From a virus: 64,000 nucleotides of DNA. The position numbers and the translations under genes were made by a program. The notes below the pieces were generated by a model. It worked only from the letters and a program-made list of their open reading frames with translations. It was not told where the DNA came from and did not search any database. Position 1 is the first letter of the stretch. Every line of letters begins with the position of its first letter. The DNA lies in the IMG/VR virus record IMGVR_UViG_3300010396_000048, positions 4,022 to 68,021 of that record; one strand, written 5' to 3'. Positions 15,340 to 23,717 of the stretch are shown piece by piece.

Positions 15340-16829
15340 GCGCCACCGCGTGGTCGTACCTCGTCGTATCGAGCGATCAGCAAGCCGAAACCCTCGACGC
15401 ACAACAACGTTGGGCCGAGGAGACCGCCGCCGCGCAAGGCTGGCGCATCGAGCGCGTGTTTCGGGGCGTTTCCACAGGAAAACTCGGCGTCCGCAAACTC
15501 CTCTCGGACCTCATCTCCGAACTGCAAGCCATTCCGAAGGGCGCTCGGCCGGCGCGCATCCTCCTGACGCGCATCGATCGGTTAGGACGCGGCGACTCGC
15601 TCGACGTCATGGGGGCTATTGCTGAACTGCGGCGCCTTGGGCCGGTGCTTCACACACGCGAAGATGGCGACGTCCGCCTGCAGCGCGCAAGCGATGCGAT
15701 CTTGCCGGCCATCAAATCGATCGTGGCCGCCGTCGAAAACGAGGTGCGCGCCGACCGGGTGCGCGCTGGCCATGCCCGACGTCGGGCCGCCGGCAAGCAC
15801 CTTGGAGCCGTTCCCTACGGCGTGGTACTCGTCGACGGTAAACCGGTTCCCTACGAGCCCGAGGCAGCGATCGTGCGCGAGATATTCGACCTCTTGGCTC
15901 AGCGATGGGGGCTAACCCGTATTGCGAACCATATCCGCATGAAGGCGCCACCAAAGCGGCTGTACGACGGCGCCGAACGGCCCCTCACCTGGGGTGCGTC
16001 GACGATCCGCAGTCTTTATGCCTCGGAGGTCGTGCGGCGGGTCGTCGTGTCACCGGAAGCGGTTGCGCGCGCGGAAGCGGCCAGAGTCGACAACTTCCGC
16101 TTCGCCCCGACTGGCGAATGGGAGTGGCCGCTGCGCGGCGCCGTGCACTGCACCTGCGGGCACCTGCTCGTCGGTCACGCGACCGGGAACGCCCCCTACC
16201 GAATTCGGTACTACCGTTGCCGTCACCACCCGCAAGAGCCGGGGAAGGAGTCGACGAACCGGCCGGGCCATCGGGCGGACGCCTTGGAAGCGGCGTTCCT
16301 CCAGATCCTCCGGGAGATTGGGGTGCAACCCGACCTTCTGGCACCGGAGCCCTCGGCGCGGGACGCTGAGGCCATTGCCGTTCGAATCAACGAAGCGCGC
16401 AAGCGGCTGGCTAAGGTCGAGGCCCGTCGACGACGGGCATGTGAGTTCGCGGAAGACGGGGTCTATACCGCGACGGACCTGCGGGAACGGCTTCGCAAGA
16501 TCGACGCGGAAAAGCAAGGCGTCGTCGCGGAGTTGGAGCGGCTCGAGATCGATCACGCCGCGTTGGGTACCGATTCGGCCCTTCGGCAGCGGCTCTCAAC
16601 GGTTTTCGGGCGCCTGCCAGACCTCTGGAAGACGCAGTCGACGGAGTGGCGCCAGGACGTGGCTCGGGCCATTGGCAAACTCGCCTGCGGCCTCTGGGCG
16701 CATCCTAGCCGGCGCGGGGAGCTGTTTCTCGGGCATGACGCGGCCTTGCGAGGGTTCAAAATCAAGAGCACGTATGCGACACGCGAACGTATGTTTTCAC
16801 GTGAAATGCTTAAGATTTTGGAGCGGTAG
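15336..16829 (+). CDS. int: Large serine recombinase (integrase)
   Basis: YLVVSSDQQ (catalytic Ser), RIDRLGR, G..PYG, recombinase domain, LRGAVHC.CG...YYRC Zn ribbon, coiled coil; start at the ATGA overlap 15336. Confidence 0.9.
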   Translation: MSATAWSYLVVSSDQQAETLDAQQRWAEETAAAQGWRIERVFRGVSTGKLGVRKLLSDLISELQAIPKGARPARILLTRIDRLGRGDSLDVMGAIAELRRLGPVLHTREDGDVRLQRASDAILPAIKSIVAAVENEVRADRVRAGHARRRAAGKHLGAVPYGVVLVDGKPVPYEPEAAIVREIFDLLAQRWGLTRIANHIRMKAPPKRLYDGAERPLTWGASTIRSLYASEVVRRVVVSPEAVARAEAARVDNFRFAPTGEWEWPLRGAVHCTCGHLLVGHATGNAPYRIRYYRCRHHPQEPGKESTNRPGHRADALEAAFLQILREIGVQPDLLAPEPSARDAEAIAVRINEARKRLAKVEARRRRACEFAEDGVYTATDLRERLRKIDAEKQGVVAELERLEIDHAALGTDSALRQRLSTVFGRLPDLWKTQSTEWRQDVARAIGKLACGLWAHPSRRGELFLGHDAALRGFKIKSTYATRERMFSREMLKILER

Positions 16830-16840
16830 GAGACACCGAA

Positions 16841-16870
16841 AGGGGAGACCGGCGCAAGCCAGCCTCCCCT
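16841..16870 (-). terminator. Hairpin, probable terminator (possibly bidirectional)
   Basis: AGGGGAG...GGC-GCAA-GCC...CTCCCCT stem between convergent units. Confidence 0.55.
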
Positions 16871-16946
16871 TCTTCCGTAATCCTATGGCACCAGCACGGC
16901 ACCTACCTGGCGCTGCGGCCGGCGGCCTGCGTGGTAGTATCCGCGC

Positions 16947-17051
16947 ATGAACGCAACCAAATCCTTCGGCGTCGACCCCTCGCTGCTCGTTGTGGCGATT
17001 CCCGTCGCGGGCGCGATCGTCGGAGCCGTGTTAGCCCTGATTTTCCGCTAG
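16947..17051 (+). CDS. 34-aa single-TM peptide (leaderless)
   Basis: MNATKSFGVDPSLLVVAIPVAGAIVGAVLALIFR; TGG-TAGTAT-N6-ATG upstream; terminator downstream. Confidence 0.65.
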   Translation: MNATKSFGVDPSLLVVAIPVAGAIVGAVLALIFR

Positions 17052-17105
17052 GCCCCACACCGGACTGTCCTCCGAGTGTCCACCAACCCTCTCGGGGGAT
17101 AGCAC

Positions 17106-17144
17106 GACCCCTCGCCACCCATCCGGCGGGGGGTTCGCGTTTTT
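17106..17144 (+). terminator. Intrinsic terminator
   Basis: GACCCCTCGCC/GGCGGGGGGTT stem followed by CGCGTTTTT. Confidence 0.55.
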
Positions 17145-17529
17145 ACACCGTCGAGGGATCAGGCAAGATCACCGCTGCCGCCTGCCGTTGCTCGTACTCG
17201 TCGCGCAACGTCGTGTATACTGCGCGGTACGCGATCCCATCGACGAGCGAGTCTGGATTCCACTTGCCGATGAGGCGCGAATCCTTGACGTCGATGAGGC
17301 AGGCGAGCTGCAGTAGTCGCATTTCGTAAGCGTCGAGGCCACGAATGCCGAAGCGTTCGAGCGTGGCCCTTGTGACTGCGTCCGTGACGTTGGAAACGTC
17401 CCAACTGTCGCCGTAGCCGTTACCGCGTTCGGCGTAGGTCGCTCGCGTGCGGTCGAGCGTAGCGTCGGCCGTCCGTTCGAACGTCGGCGGCCGTGCAATA
17501 ATCGTTTTGGAACTGAGTTCCGCTGGCAA
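17143..17529 (-). CDS. All-alpha nucleotide-modification-associated protein (DUF6378/DUF1599-like)
   Basis: ER...YG.SW ... K.SR......DSL.D...Y pattern; AGGAG RBS before TTG. Confidence 0.65.
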   Translation of the reverse strand: MPAELSSKTIIARPPTFERTADATLDRTRATYAERGNGYGDSWDVSNVTDAVTRATLERFGIRGLDAYEMRLLQLACLIDVKDSRLIGKWNPDSLVDGIAYRAVYTTLRDEYEQRQAAAVILPDPSTV

Positions 17530-17544
17530 GCGTATCTCCTTGTG

Positions 17545-18276
17545 CTAGATCGTGCGGGTTGACGGCTTCGCGATGCTCCGCCTTGGGTGGTACGGTTGAA
17601 TCGGCGTCATCTTGTCGGCGAGGCCCTCGGACACCGCCTGGCGTGCGGTAAGATACCAGTCGCGTCGCTCCATTTTGCCGCGCCAATACTCAACCGGCTT
17701 TCCGCTGCGCGCCGAATACAGACCGTTGATGATCGTTTCCCAGGTCCGATTGAATGCAACGCGATCTTCGAGGTCGCAGTTCTTTGATTCAGGCGGAGCG
17801 TCGCTCATACCGTGAACCATCATCGCAGCGAACGGCTCGATTGTTCGAACGTCGCACGCCTGAGCAAGAATCGAACCCATGCTCATGGCGACGCCTTGAA
17901 TGTGGCAGTTCACCTTGCGACCTTGCCGGCGGATTTCTTGCACGGTCGAAAACAATGCGAGCCCCGACTCGACGCTTCCGCCGAGCGACGACAGGTACAC
18001 GAGAATCGGAATGCCGGCTTTGATATTGTGGTGGATCGCCATGAGTTCTTCATGGGAGTCCACACACGCGGCCTCAGTGAAGTCGCCGTGGAAATGAATG
18101 AGCCCGCGTTCCCAGATAGGCTTTGTGTCGAATGCCTCGGTCGGAATGTGCGCGACGAGCTTCGGAACGATGTCATCCGCAACCGTCTTCGCGCGAGGAA
18201 CCCTTAGCGACCGTAGCCGTGCGACGATCTCCTCCTGGAAAGCGTAGGCGATTTCGTGGGTCGTGATTCTCGCCAT
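17545..18276 (-). CDS. clpP: ClpP-like serine protease (S14)
   Basis: SSLGGSV..GLA, G.AMSMGS (Ser), MMVH (His), RDWYLTA.QAV..GL.D (Asp). Confidence 0.85.
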   Translation of the reverse strand: MARITTHEIAYAFQEEIVARLRSLRVPRAKTVADDIVPKLVAHIPTEAFDTKPIWERGLIHFHGDFTEAACVDSHEELMAIHHNIKAGIPILVYLSSLGGSVESGLALFSTVQEIRRQGRKVNCHIQGVAMSMGSILAQACDVRTIEPFAAMMVHGMSDAPPESKNCDLEDRVAFNRTWETIINGLYSARSGKPVEYWRGKMERRDWYLTARQAVSEGLADKMTPIQPYHPRRSIAKPSTRTI

Positions 18277-18363
18277 GGCATCTCCCCATAGTGGGCATCT
18301 CGCGGCCACTCACACCGCTTGCAGACGGTATCAGCGGCGTATCCGATCGGGAACTCGCACGGC

Positions 18364-19803
18364 TCAGGCTGCCGCACGCGCCGTCTTGCCGCCCGGAAGC
18401 GGCGCTCGCTTCGCCTCGAACTTCTGGCCCCGATAGAGCGCCACACCGTCGAGAATGGGAATGAACTCGACCCGGTGCTGCCCGGTATCTTCGAGGATCT
18501 CGACCACGGCGATGCCGTTCACCCACTCCGATACAAAGCCGCGGTCGGAAGGCGTGCGCGTGCGCTGAATGGCGCCCTTGGCCTTCACGCGTTCGAGCGA
18601 GCAGAGCGCGCCGATTTCGTACAGCGTAAAGGTTTGGTGGCCGAACGGCGTCCGAACGGTAAAGGTTTCTTCCCGGTGCCGGTGCGTGTGACCGGCGATC
18701 ACGGAGGCTTGATAGGCCCCCTTCTTCTTCGGGTCGTGCACGACGACGAGTGCATGGCGCCCTTCGATCAGCCACGCCTCCGATCCGGGCCACATACCGC
18801 ATTGCTCGAACCCGAGTTCGTCGAGTCGGAGCAGATGTGGAAACGAGAGGTCTGGCCACGATTCCGGCGTCGCGTTGGCCGGCCGTAGACCGAACGCCGC
18901 TCGGGCGTTCTGTTGAACGTAGGTCGCCAGGCGTTTCCAGTCGTGGTTCCCGTCAACCAATCTATAGCGTTTTGCTATAGTTTTGCCAGCGCGGCGGCGG
19001 GGCGAACCCATGGCGCTCTTGACGTTCGCGAGGTAGTTGTGGCCCCAATTGATCGACTCTTGCGTGACACGCCAGAACTCCTCAACCTGCAAATATTTTG
19101 AGAACTCGGACATGTCGAGCAGATCGCCGACGTGGGTGAAACCGTCCGGCTGAATCGCAGCCGTCAGTTGGAGTGCGACGTCGACGGCGTCCTCGTCGTG
19201 AATAGCCTGGAGGATGTAGCTTTCGCGGTGTCCGTCAAACTCTCGCGAGTCGAGCACGCGTTGGAATCCGCCCTGGGTGTCGGGGTGCACGACCTCGATA
19301 CGTAAGCCTCGCGGAACGATGATGGTCGGTGCCGTGTATTTTATGGTGGCTGGTTTAGCTGGCTGAACGACGGGCCACGCTGGACCGCTCTCCCATTTCG
19401 GGCTGAGCATGACGGTGACGTTCTTGGAACTCAGGCGCGTAACAACCGGCTCGTCGTCCGGGCCTTTGGTCAAACCTTCGTGGAAACCGCTCTTGATCTT
19501 GACGTTGTCGATCTTGTCGATCGCGTCGAGTGGGATGTTCGCTTCGTCGAGCAGGTTCTTGATTTGGTTCAGCTTATCGGCTTCGGCGCCGTCGTAAATC
19601 TTCGGAACGTCAGCGGCACCCTGCCCGTCCAGGGCTCTCCGCATACAGTGGATGACGGCTTCGAGTGACGGCTTGCGACCGTGCTCATCGCGAAACTGCG
19701 CATGAATGGCGCGCGCGGCCGCAGTCTTATTACCGTACTGCGCGACGAGATCGAGCGCGATGCGTTTTGTCAGGGTTCTCGAGGTGTACTGGGGTTCGCT
19801 CAC
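18364..19803 (-). CDS. Calcineurin-like metallophosphoesterase with N-terminal HTH-like extension
   Basis: PDTQ, GDLLD, GNHD, VVHD, GHTHR motifs. Confidence 0.85.
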   Translation of the reverse strand: MSEPQYTSRTLTKRIALDLVAQYGNKTAAARAIHAQFRDEHGRKPSLEAVIHCMRRALDGQGAADVPKIYDGAEADKLNQIKNLLDEANIPLDAIDKIDNVKIKSGFHEGLTKGPDDEPVVTRLSSKNVTVMLSPKWESGPAWPVVQPAKPATIKYTAPTIIVPRGLRIEVVHPDTQGGFQRVLDSREFDGHRESYILQAIHDEDAVDVALQLTAAIQPDGFTHVGDLLDMSEFSKYLQVEEFWRVTQESINWGHNYLANVKSAMGSPRRRAGKTIAKRYRLVDGNHDWKRLATYVQQNARAAFGLRPANATPESWPDLSFPHLLRLDELGFEQCGMWPGSEAWLIEGRHALVVVHDPKKKGAYQASVIAGHTHRHREETFTVRTPFGHQTFTLYEIGALCSLERVKAKGAIQRTRTPSDRGFVSEWVNGIAVVEILEDTGQHRVEFIPILDGVALYRGQKFEAKRAPLPGGKTARAAA

Positions 19804-19822
19804 GTATTTCCACCCGTGCCGT

Positions 19823-19851
19823 CAATATGTAACCGGGATGGCAACATATTG
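19823..19851. promoter_or_regulatory. Inverted repeat CAATATGT-N13-ACATATTG upstream of the phosphoesterase
   Basis: Seen directly, 20 bp upstream of the start. Confidence 0.45.
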
Positions 19852-19890
19852 GCAGCGGTTGGCTCCGGGATGATTCCCGGCGCGAGAGAC

Positions 19891-19938
19891 AAAACGAGCC
19901 CGCACCACGCCGGAAAATCGGGTGGATACGGGCTCGTT
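19891..19938 (-). terminator. Terminator after lysis cassette
   Basis: AACGAGCCCG/CGGGCTCGTT stem with TTTT on the minus strand. Confidence 0.6.
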
Positions 19939-19964
19939 CCGCACGCTAAGTGCCGAAATGGGAC

Positions 19965-20198
19965 TTACGGGTTCGGGGTCCAAGTAATGACGACTTTGCC
20001 GTTCTCCTCGGCTTCCGTGAGGGTGCCGTTCAGCACTTGCTGACTGACCTTCTCGGCCGGGATGGCGACGGCGAACTTCGCCGGCAAACGCAGAGCAACG
20101 TTCTCGACGAACTTCTCCGCCTTTTGCAGCAGCGTTTCGGTGTCGGGTTGCGCGGCGGGAGCCGCTTGAGCGGCCGGAGCCGGATCGGTAGTGGACAT
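19965..20198 (-). CDS. Hypothetical protein (lysis region)
   Basis: AGGAG RBS, 77 aa. Confidence 0.7.
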   Translation of the reverse strand: MSTTDPAPAAQAAPAAQPDTETLLQKAEKFVENVALRLPAKFAVAIPAEKVSQQVLNGTLTEAEENGKVVITWTPNP

Positions 20199-20210
20199 GA
20201 ATACTCCTAG

Positions 20211-20519
20211 CTAGTGAGTGTTGGGGGAATCCGGCGGTATCGTCGTTGGCATGCCGAAGTACGATGCGAAAAGTGCCAGGATGATGCCGCCGAAAATGGC
20301 CATGCCGGCGCCAATCAACTGCGCGAACGTCTGAACGTCCGCAGGCGTCGATGAATGCGAGCCGGCACGGATGACCGCGCCGTACAGCGCGACCAAAAAA
20401 CTCGGATCGGAAAGCAGCTTAAAGAGTGCGGCTATGGCTCCAAGAATGGAGAATCCGCCCACGCTGACGCCGATGTAACCGACGAGATGCGTGTTCAAAC
20501 TGCGAAGCAATGCGTTCAT
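20211..20519 (-). CDS. Holin-like membrane protein
   Basis: 2-3 hydrophobic helices, in the lysis cassette. Confidence 0.6.
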   Translation of the reverse strand: MNALLRSLNTHLVGYIGVSVGGFSILGAIAALFKLLSDPSFLVALYGAVIRAGSHSSTPADVQTFAQLIGAGMAIFGGIILALFASYFGMPTTIPPDSPNTH

Positions 20520-20818
20520 TTCGATAAGTTCTGGAAGGTAAAGATTTGCATGCGCTCGACTGGCTTGGCGATGCCGGAAAGGAACTCGTCAAAAAGAAAG
20601 CGGCGCGCCGGATCGGTGAGCGTGAACCGCCCGATGATGCCGTCGCCGTATATGTGGACCTTCTCACGCGTGACGGCCACCTTAATCGACTTGCCGACTT
20701 CGCGGTGGTGCCGTTCGAGCGCAATGGCGAGCGGATTGTGCCAGGCGTGGACGGAGAGCATACTTTTCGACCGGGCATACGCTTGAAGAATGTCGTCGCG
20801 CGTAATGTCGATATGCAT
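20516..20818 (-). CDS. Hypothetical protein
   Basis: GAGG RBS; coupled to the holin-like gene. Confidence 0.65.
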   Translation of the reverse strand: MHIDITRDDILQAYARSKSMLSVHAWHNPLAIALERHHREVGKSIKVAVTREKVHIYGDGIIGRFTLTDPARRFLFDEFLSGIAKPVERMQIFTFQNLSK

Positions 20819-20824
20819 GGGCCT

Positions 20825-21208
20825 CTACTTGCAAACGAGAAGGGCGTGTGTCGGGAGGTCAAGGATGCAGGGAGCCGGCGGCGGCTGGCGGCAGGTCAAC
20901 GGTGGTGGAGCGCGATGGCACCGACCGGCGACACCGATCGAACGATAGACCACCACGCTCGCAAGACCGTCCATTCCAAGTCGGTCGCGCACGGCAGGAG
21001 AAACATCCAGAATACGACCAGGAACAAATGGGCCCGTCCCTATCACAACGCAGGGTGAAGTTTTGTGAGTGTCGACGTTCTCGACGTAAATGCGCGTACC
21101 GGGAACGACCATATTCGACGCGCACACCAGCGCGTTCGATCCGTACAGCCCGGTGTCGATGTTGAACCACGACGCAATGCCAGCAACGAGGAACACGAAG
21201 ATATGCAC
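20825..21208 (-). CDS. RlpA-like double-psi beta-barrel (lytic transglycosylase-like)
   Basis: GIASWF...LVCAS..V.PGTRI.VEN...V..TGPF..GRILDVS......LG; AAGGAGG RBS before GTG 21208. Confidence 0.75.
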   Translation of the reverse strand: MHIFVFLVAGIASWFNIDTGLYGSNALVCASNMVVPGTRIYVENVDTHKTSPCVVIGTGPFVPGRILDVSPAVRDRLGMDGLASVVVYRSIGVAGRCHRAPPPLTCRQPPPAPCILDLPTHALLVCK

Positions 21209-21244
21209 GGGGCGCCTCCTTGCGGAAGCCACCCCAGCGGGCGA

Positions 21245-21385
21245 CTACGCGGGCTTGTATCGCACGAACGCCTTCAGAAAGACGCCATGCGAGATTTCTT
21301 TGCGAACGATGATGCCATCGTCGGTATAGGAGTAGACGCGGAACCCTTCGCGGATCGCGTCTGCGAGCGTCGGTAGTTCTTCCAA
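21245..21385 (-). CDS. Small hypothetical protein (46 aa)
   Basis: Manual translation MEELPTLADAIREGFRVYSYTDDGIIVRKEISHGVFLKAFVRYKPA. Confidence 0.55.
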   Translation of the reverse strand: MEELPTLADAIREGFRVYSYTDDGIIVRKEISHGVFLKAFVRYKPA

Positions 21386-21387
21386 GG

Positions 21388-22008
21388 CTAACGCATCAAC
21401 TCGGCCAGGGAGTCAGCAAGCGCGACGTCACGATCGACGTTCGTGGAGAATCCTGGAATGACGCCGGCGTTACTGAATTGGTGCATCTGTGCCGATCGCC
21501 AGCCGTCAGGAAGCGCGAAGTGCCCCGGCTCGCGCGGGTAGTTGGCAACCCAAAGCGTATGGCCGGCAAAGGCGTCCGAGCCGGCGAACCGCGTGGCCCA
21601 CGTATCGGCGTTGGTATAGATGATCGGATCGCATCCGAGCTGCCGCCGAATCTCCGAGTTGAATGCTGCCAGCCGTGTAATGTTTTCCGTGACGCTGCCG
21701 GCGCTGCCGGACTGCTCCTCGACGTCGACCATCGGTCGCAGTTGACCGTATCGGCCGTTCGCCTGAGCAAGGAAGTGCTGCGCTTCGGCCACCGGGTCTT
21801 CGCTGGACAGGAAGAAGCAGTAGGCGCCGAATGGGATGCCCAACCGCTTGCACTCGTCGTGGTTCCGGTTGAAGATCGAGCCGTCGTCGTCGACCGGATT
21901 GTCGCCAAAGCAGACGCGGGAAAAGACGAACTTGACGAGCGGAGATTTCACTGCCAGGTCCCAATCGGGGTTGCCCTGAGCGAACGAAATATCAATGCCG
22001 TAAATCAA
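21388..22008 (-). CDS. Endolysin, GH25 muramidase
   Basis: GIDISFAQG, GAYCF, PMVDVE, IIYT, LWVANY, HQFS..G..PG....VD.D. Confidence 0.92.
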   Translation of the reverse strand: MIYGIDISFAQGNPDWDLAVKSPLVKFVFSRVCFGDNPVDDDGSIFNRNHDECKRLGIPFGAYCFFLSSEDPVAEAQHFLAQANGRYGQLRPMVDVEEQSGSAGSVTENITRLAAFNSEIRRQLGCDPIIYTNADTWATRFAGSDAFAGHTLWVANYPREPGHFALPDGWRSAQMHQFSNAGVIPGFSTNVDRDVALADSLAELMR

Positions 22009-22021
22009 CGGGCGGCTCTCC

Positions 22022-22321
22022 TTAATGGGTCACCGGAGCATGATAGAAGAATTGGAAGTAGATCGTCAGCGCGGCAAACACGGCGCTCACCACGAGCGAG
22101 GTGATCGCGATGAGGTTTTGCCGGCGAATCTTGTGAGCTTCGCGCGAGTCTTTAATACGGTCTTCGATCGCCTTGACGCGACCCTCGATCTTTTCGAGTT
22201 CCGTAATTTTCTCGGAATGCTCGCCCACTGAATCGGCGACACCGTCGAGTCGAGCGGAGGTTGTCGCGAGTGCTTCTCCGAGACGAATGACTTTATCGAG
22301 CAGGAACTGGAGCTGATCCAT
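22022..22321 (-). CDS. Coiled-coil + C-terminal TM lysis accessory (XhlA-like)
   Basis: Heptad coiled coil then one TM helix, directly upstream of the endolysin. Confidence 0.65.
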   Translation of the reverse strand: MDQLQFLLDKVIRLGEALATTSARLDGVADSVGEHSEKITELEKIEGRVKAIEDRIKDSREAHKIRRQNLIAITSLVVSAVFAALTIYFQFFYHAPVTH

Positions 22322-22718
22322 CGCTGCCCACCCCGACGGCACGGAAATAGAAGCAGTAAATGCGGGCGATCGGCTCGAGTGCGGTTACCGAGCGACCTGG
22401 ACCGGCCGTGACGACCATGAAATGCCGGCCGACGAGCGTCGTCGAGACGCGACCGGCATCCACGCGGATGGAGCCCTCCTGAACGGCGACGGCCACCTCC
22501 GCATCGTCCGGGAGAAAAAATGGAGCGTGCTCCTCGGGTTTTGAGCGAGCCTGAACGATTCGAAACTCCGAGTTGACTTCGATGATCGTCGGCTTGCTAA
22601 TCGTCCACCCAGGAACGTCCTCGTCGGAAATGTCTTTTTGAAACCCCACCAAGTCGTCGAGGATTGCCCGTACTTGTGGGGTTACCGGTTCGCGAGGGAC
22701 CTCGCACCCATCACTCAT
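22293..22718 (-). CDS. Cupin-like beta-barrel protein
   Basis: EVAVAVQEGSIRV...TTL pattern; GGAGG RBS before ATG 22718. Confidence 0.5.
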   Translation of the reverse strand: MSDGCEVPREPVTPQVRAILDDLVGFQKDISDEDVPGWTISKPTIIEVNSEFRIVQARSKPEEHAPFFLPDDAEVAVAVQEGSIRVDAGRVSTTLVGRHFMVVTAGPGRSVTALEPIARIYCFYFRAVGVGSDGSAPVPAR

Positions 22719-22734
22719 GGCCGAAGCCCTCCGC

Positions 22735-23709
22735 CTAGAGGAAGCATTGGTAGTTGTAGGCGAGCGTACCGGTCGCCGAAGACGTCTGCAGCGTGAACGT
22801 CGCTGTGCTGGAACTGACGGCGGAAATCGCGGCCGGCTCGAGACCGGAAAGATCCACGGTCGTATCGGTAGCGTTATAGGCTCCGCCGCAGACCGATCCA
22901 TTGGGTGCCGTTGCCGTCGCACTGCATGAGGTGGCCGCGGCCACCGTGCAACTGACCTCGCCGTATGTCACCGTAGTCAAACCGCCAAAGACGGCGCCTG
23001 CGGAGATCATGCCGGTGGTAATCGTCGACGTTCCGCTCGGAACGAGTACGTAAGCGAAGGCGACCCACCCGCTATCGACCGCGGGCTTTGCCGGCGATAC
23101 CCCCGGGGTGCCTTCCTTGGTTTGGAAAACGATTGCGTCTTGCCGCTGCGTATTTACCGACTGCGAGGCGATCGCGCCGGTGATCGGATTGAAGAAACCA
23201 CGCGAGTCGACGGCGCCGTCCGACGTCTGAAGTTGACCTTCGAGCAGCCAATAGACGGAGTTGGAGCCGGGCGGCGTGAGGGGTCCGATTTGCGATGTAG
23301 ATCCGGTTTGCAACGCCTGCACCACGATAAGCGTCGGGTCGGCGGCTAGTTGCGGCGTGTATCCCACGGGTATCGGATTGGCGTCGTCGGGCTGGACTTG
23401 GTAGAGCCCGCAGACCGATCCGGAAACCGTTGGGGATACCTCAACGTACAGGCCAGATGCGGGAGCGGTCGTGCAACCAGCGTACACGCCGTCGCCGGAC
23501 GCTGTGAGGTTCAACTCTTGCATGAGCCACGCGCCGATCGCCAAGCGCGTGAAGCGCGCCGGTTGCGTAACCGTGTCGGTCGACGGAGGATTCTCAAGCG
23601 GGTAGACGATCGTTCGTCCTGAAACCGGCACGGCTTGCGCCGACGCTGGCGCCATAATAAGGCCCACCAGCAGGGCCAGCATCCCCGCGAGCGCTGCGAT
23701 CTTCTTCAT
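22735..23709 (-). CDS. Signal-peptide-bearing paralog of the tail-fibre N-terminal domain
   Basis: MKKIAALAGMLALLVGLIMAPASA-Q; GWVAFAYVLVPSGTSTI aligns with GWEVFAYVNVPDSATSI of 24905..26314. Confidence 0.75.
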   Translation of the reverse strand: MKKIAALAGMLALLVGLIMAPASAQAVPVSGRTIVYPLENPPSTDTVTQPARFTRLAIGAWLMQELNLTASGDGVYAGCTTAPASGLYVEVSPTVSGSVCGLYQVQPDDANPIPVGYTPQLAADPTLIVVQALQTGSTSQIGPLTPPGSNSVYWLLEGQLQTSDGAVDSRGFFNPITGAIASQSVNTQRQDAIVFQTKEGTPGVSPAKPAVDSGWVAFAYVLVPSGTSTITTGMISAGAVFGGLTTVTYGEVSCTVAAATSCSATATAPNGSVCGGAYNATDTTVDLSGLEPAAISAVSSSTATFTLQTSSATGTLAYNYQCFL

Positions 23710-23717
23710 GGTGTCCT

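Noticed and set aside
17545-18276. ClpP as the prohead maturation protease
   Set aside because: Far from the head module in a separate operon; the Prp-like gene plus shared leaders explain maturation better, though ClpP involvement is not excluded
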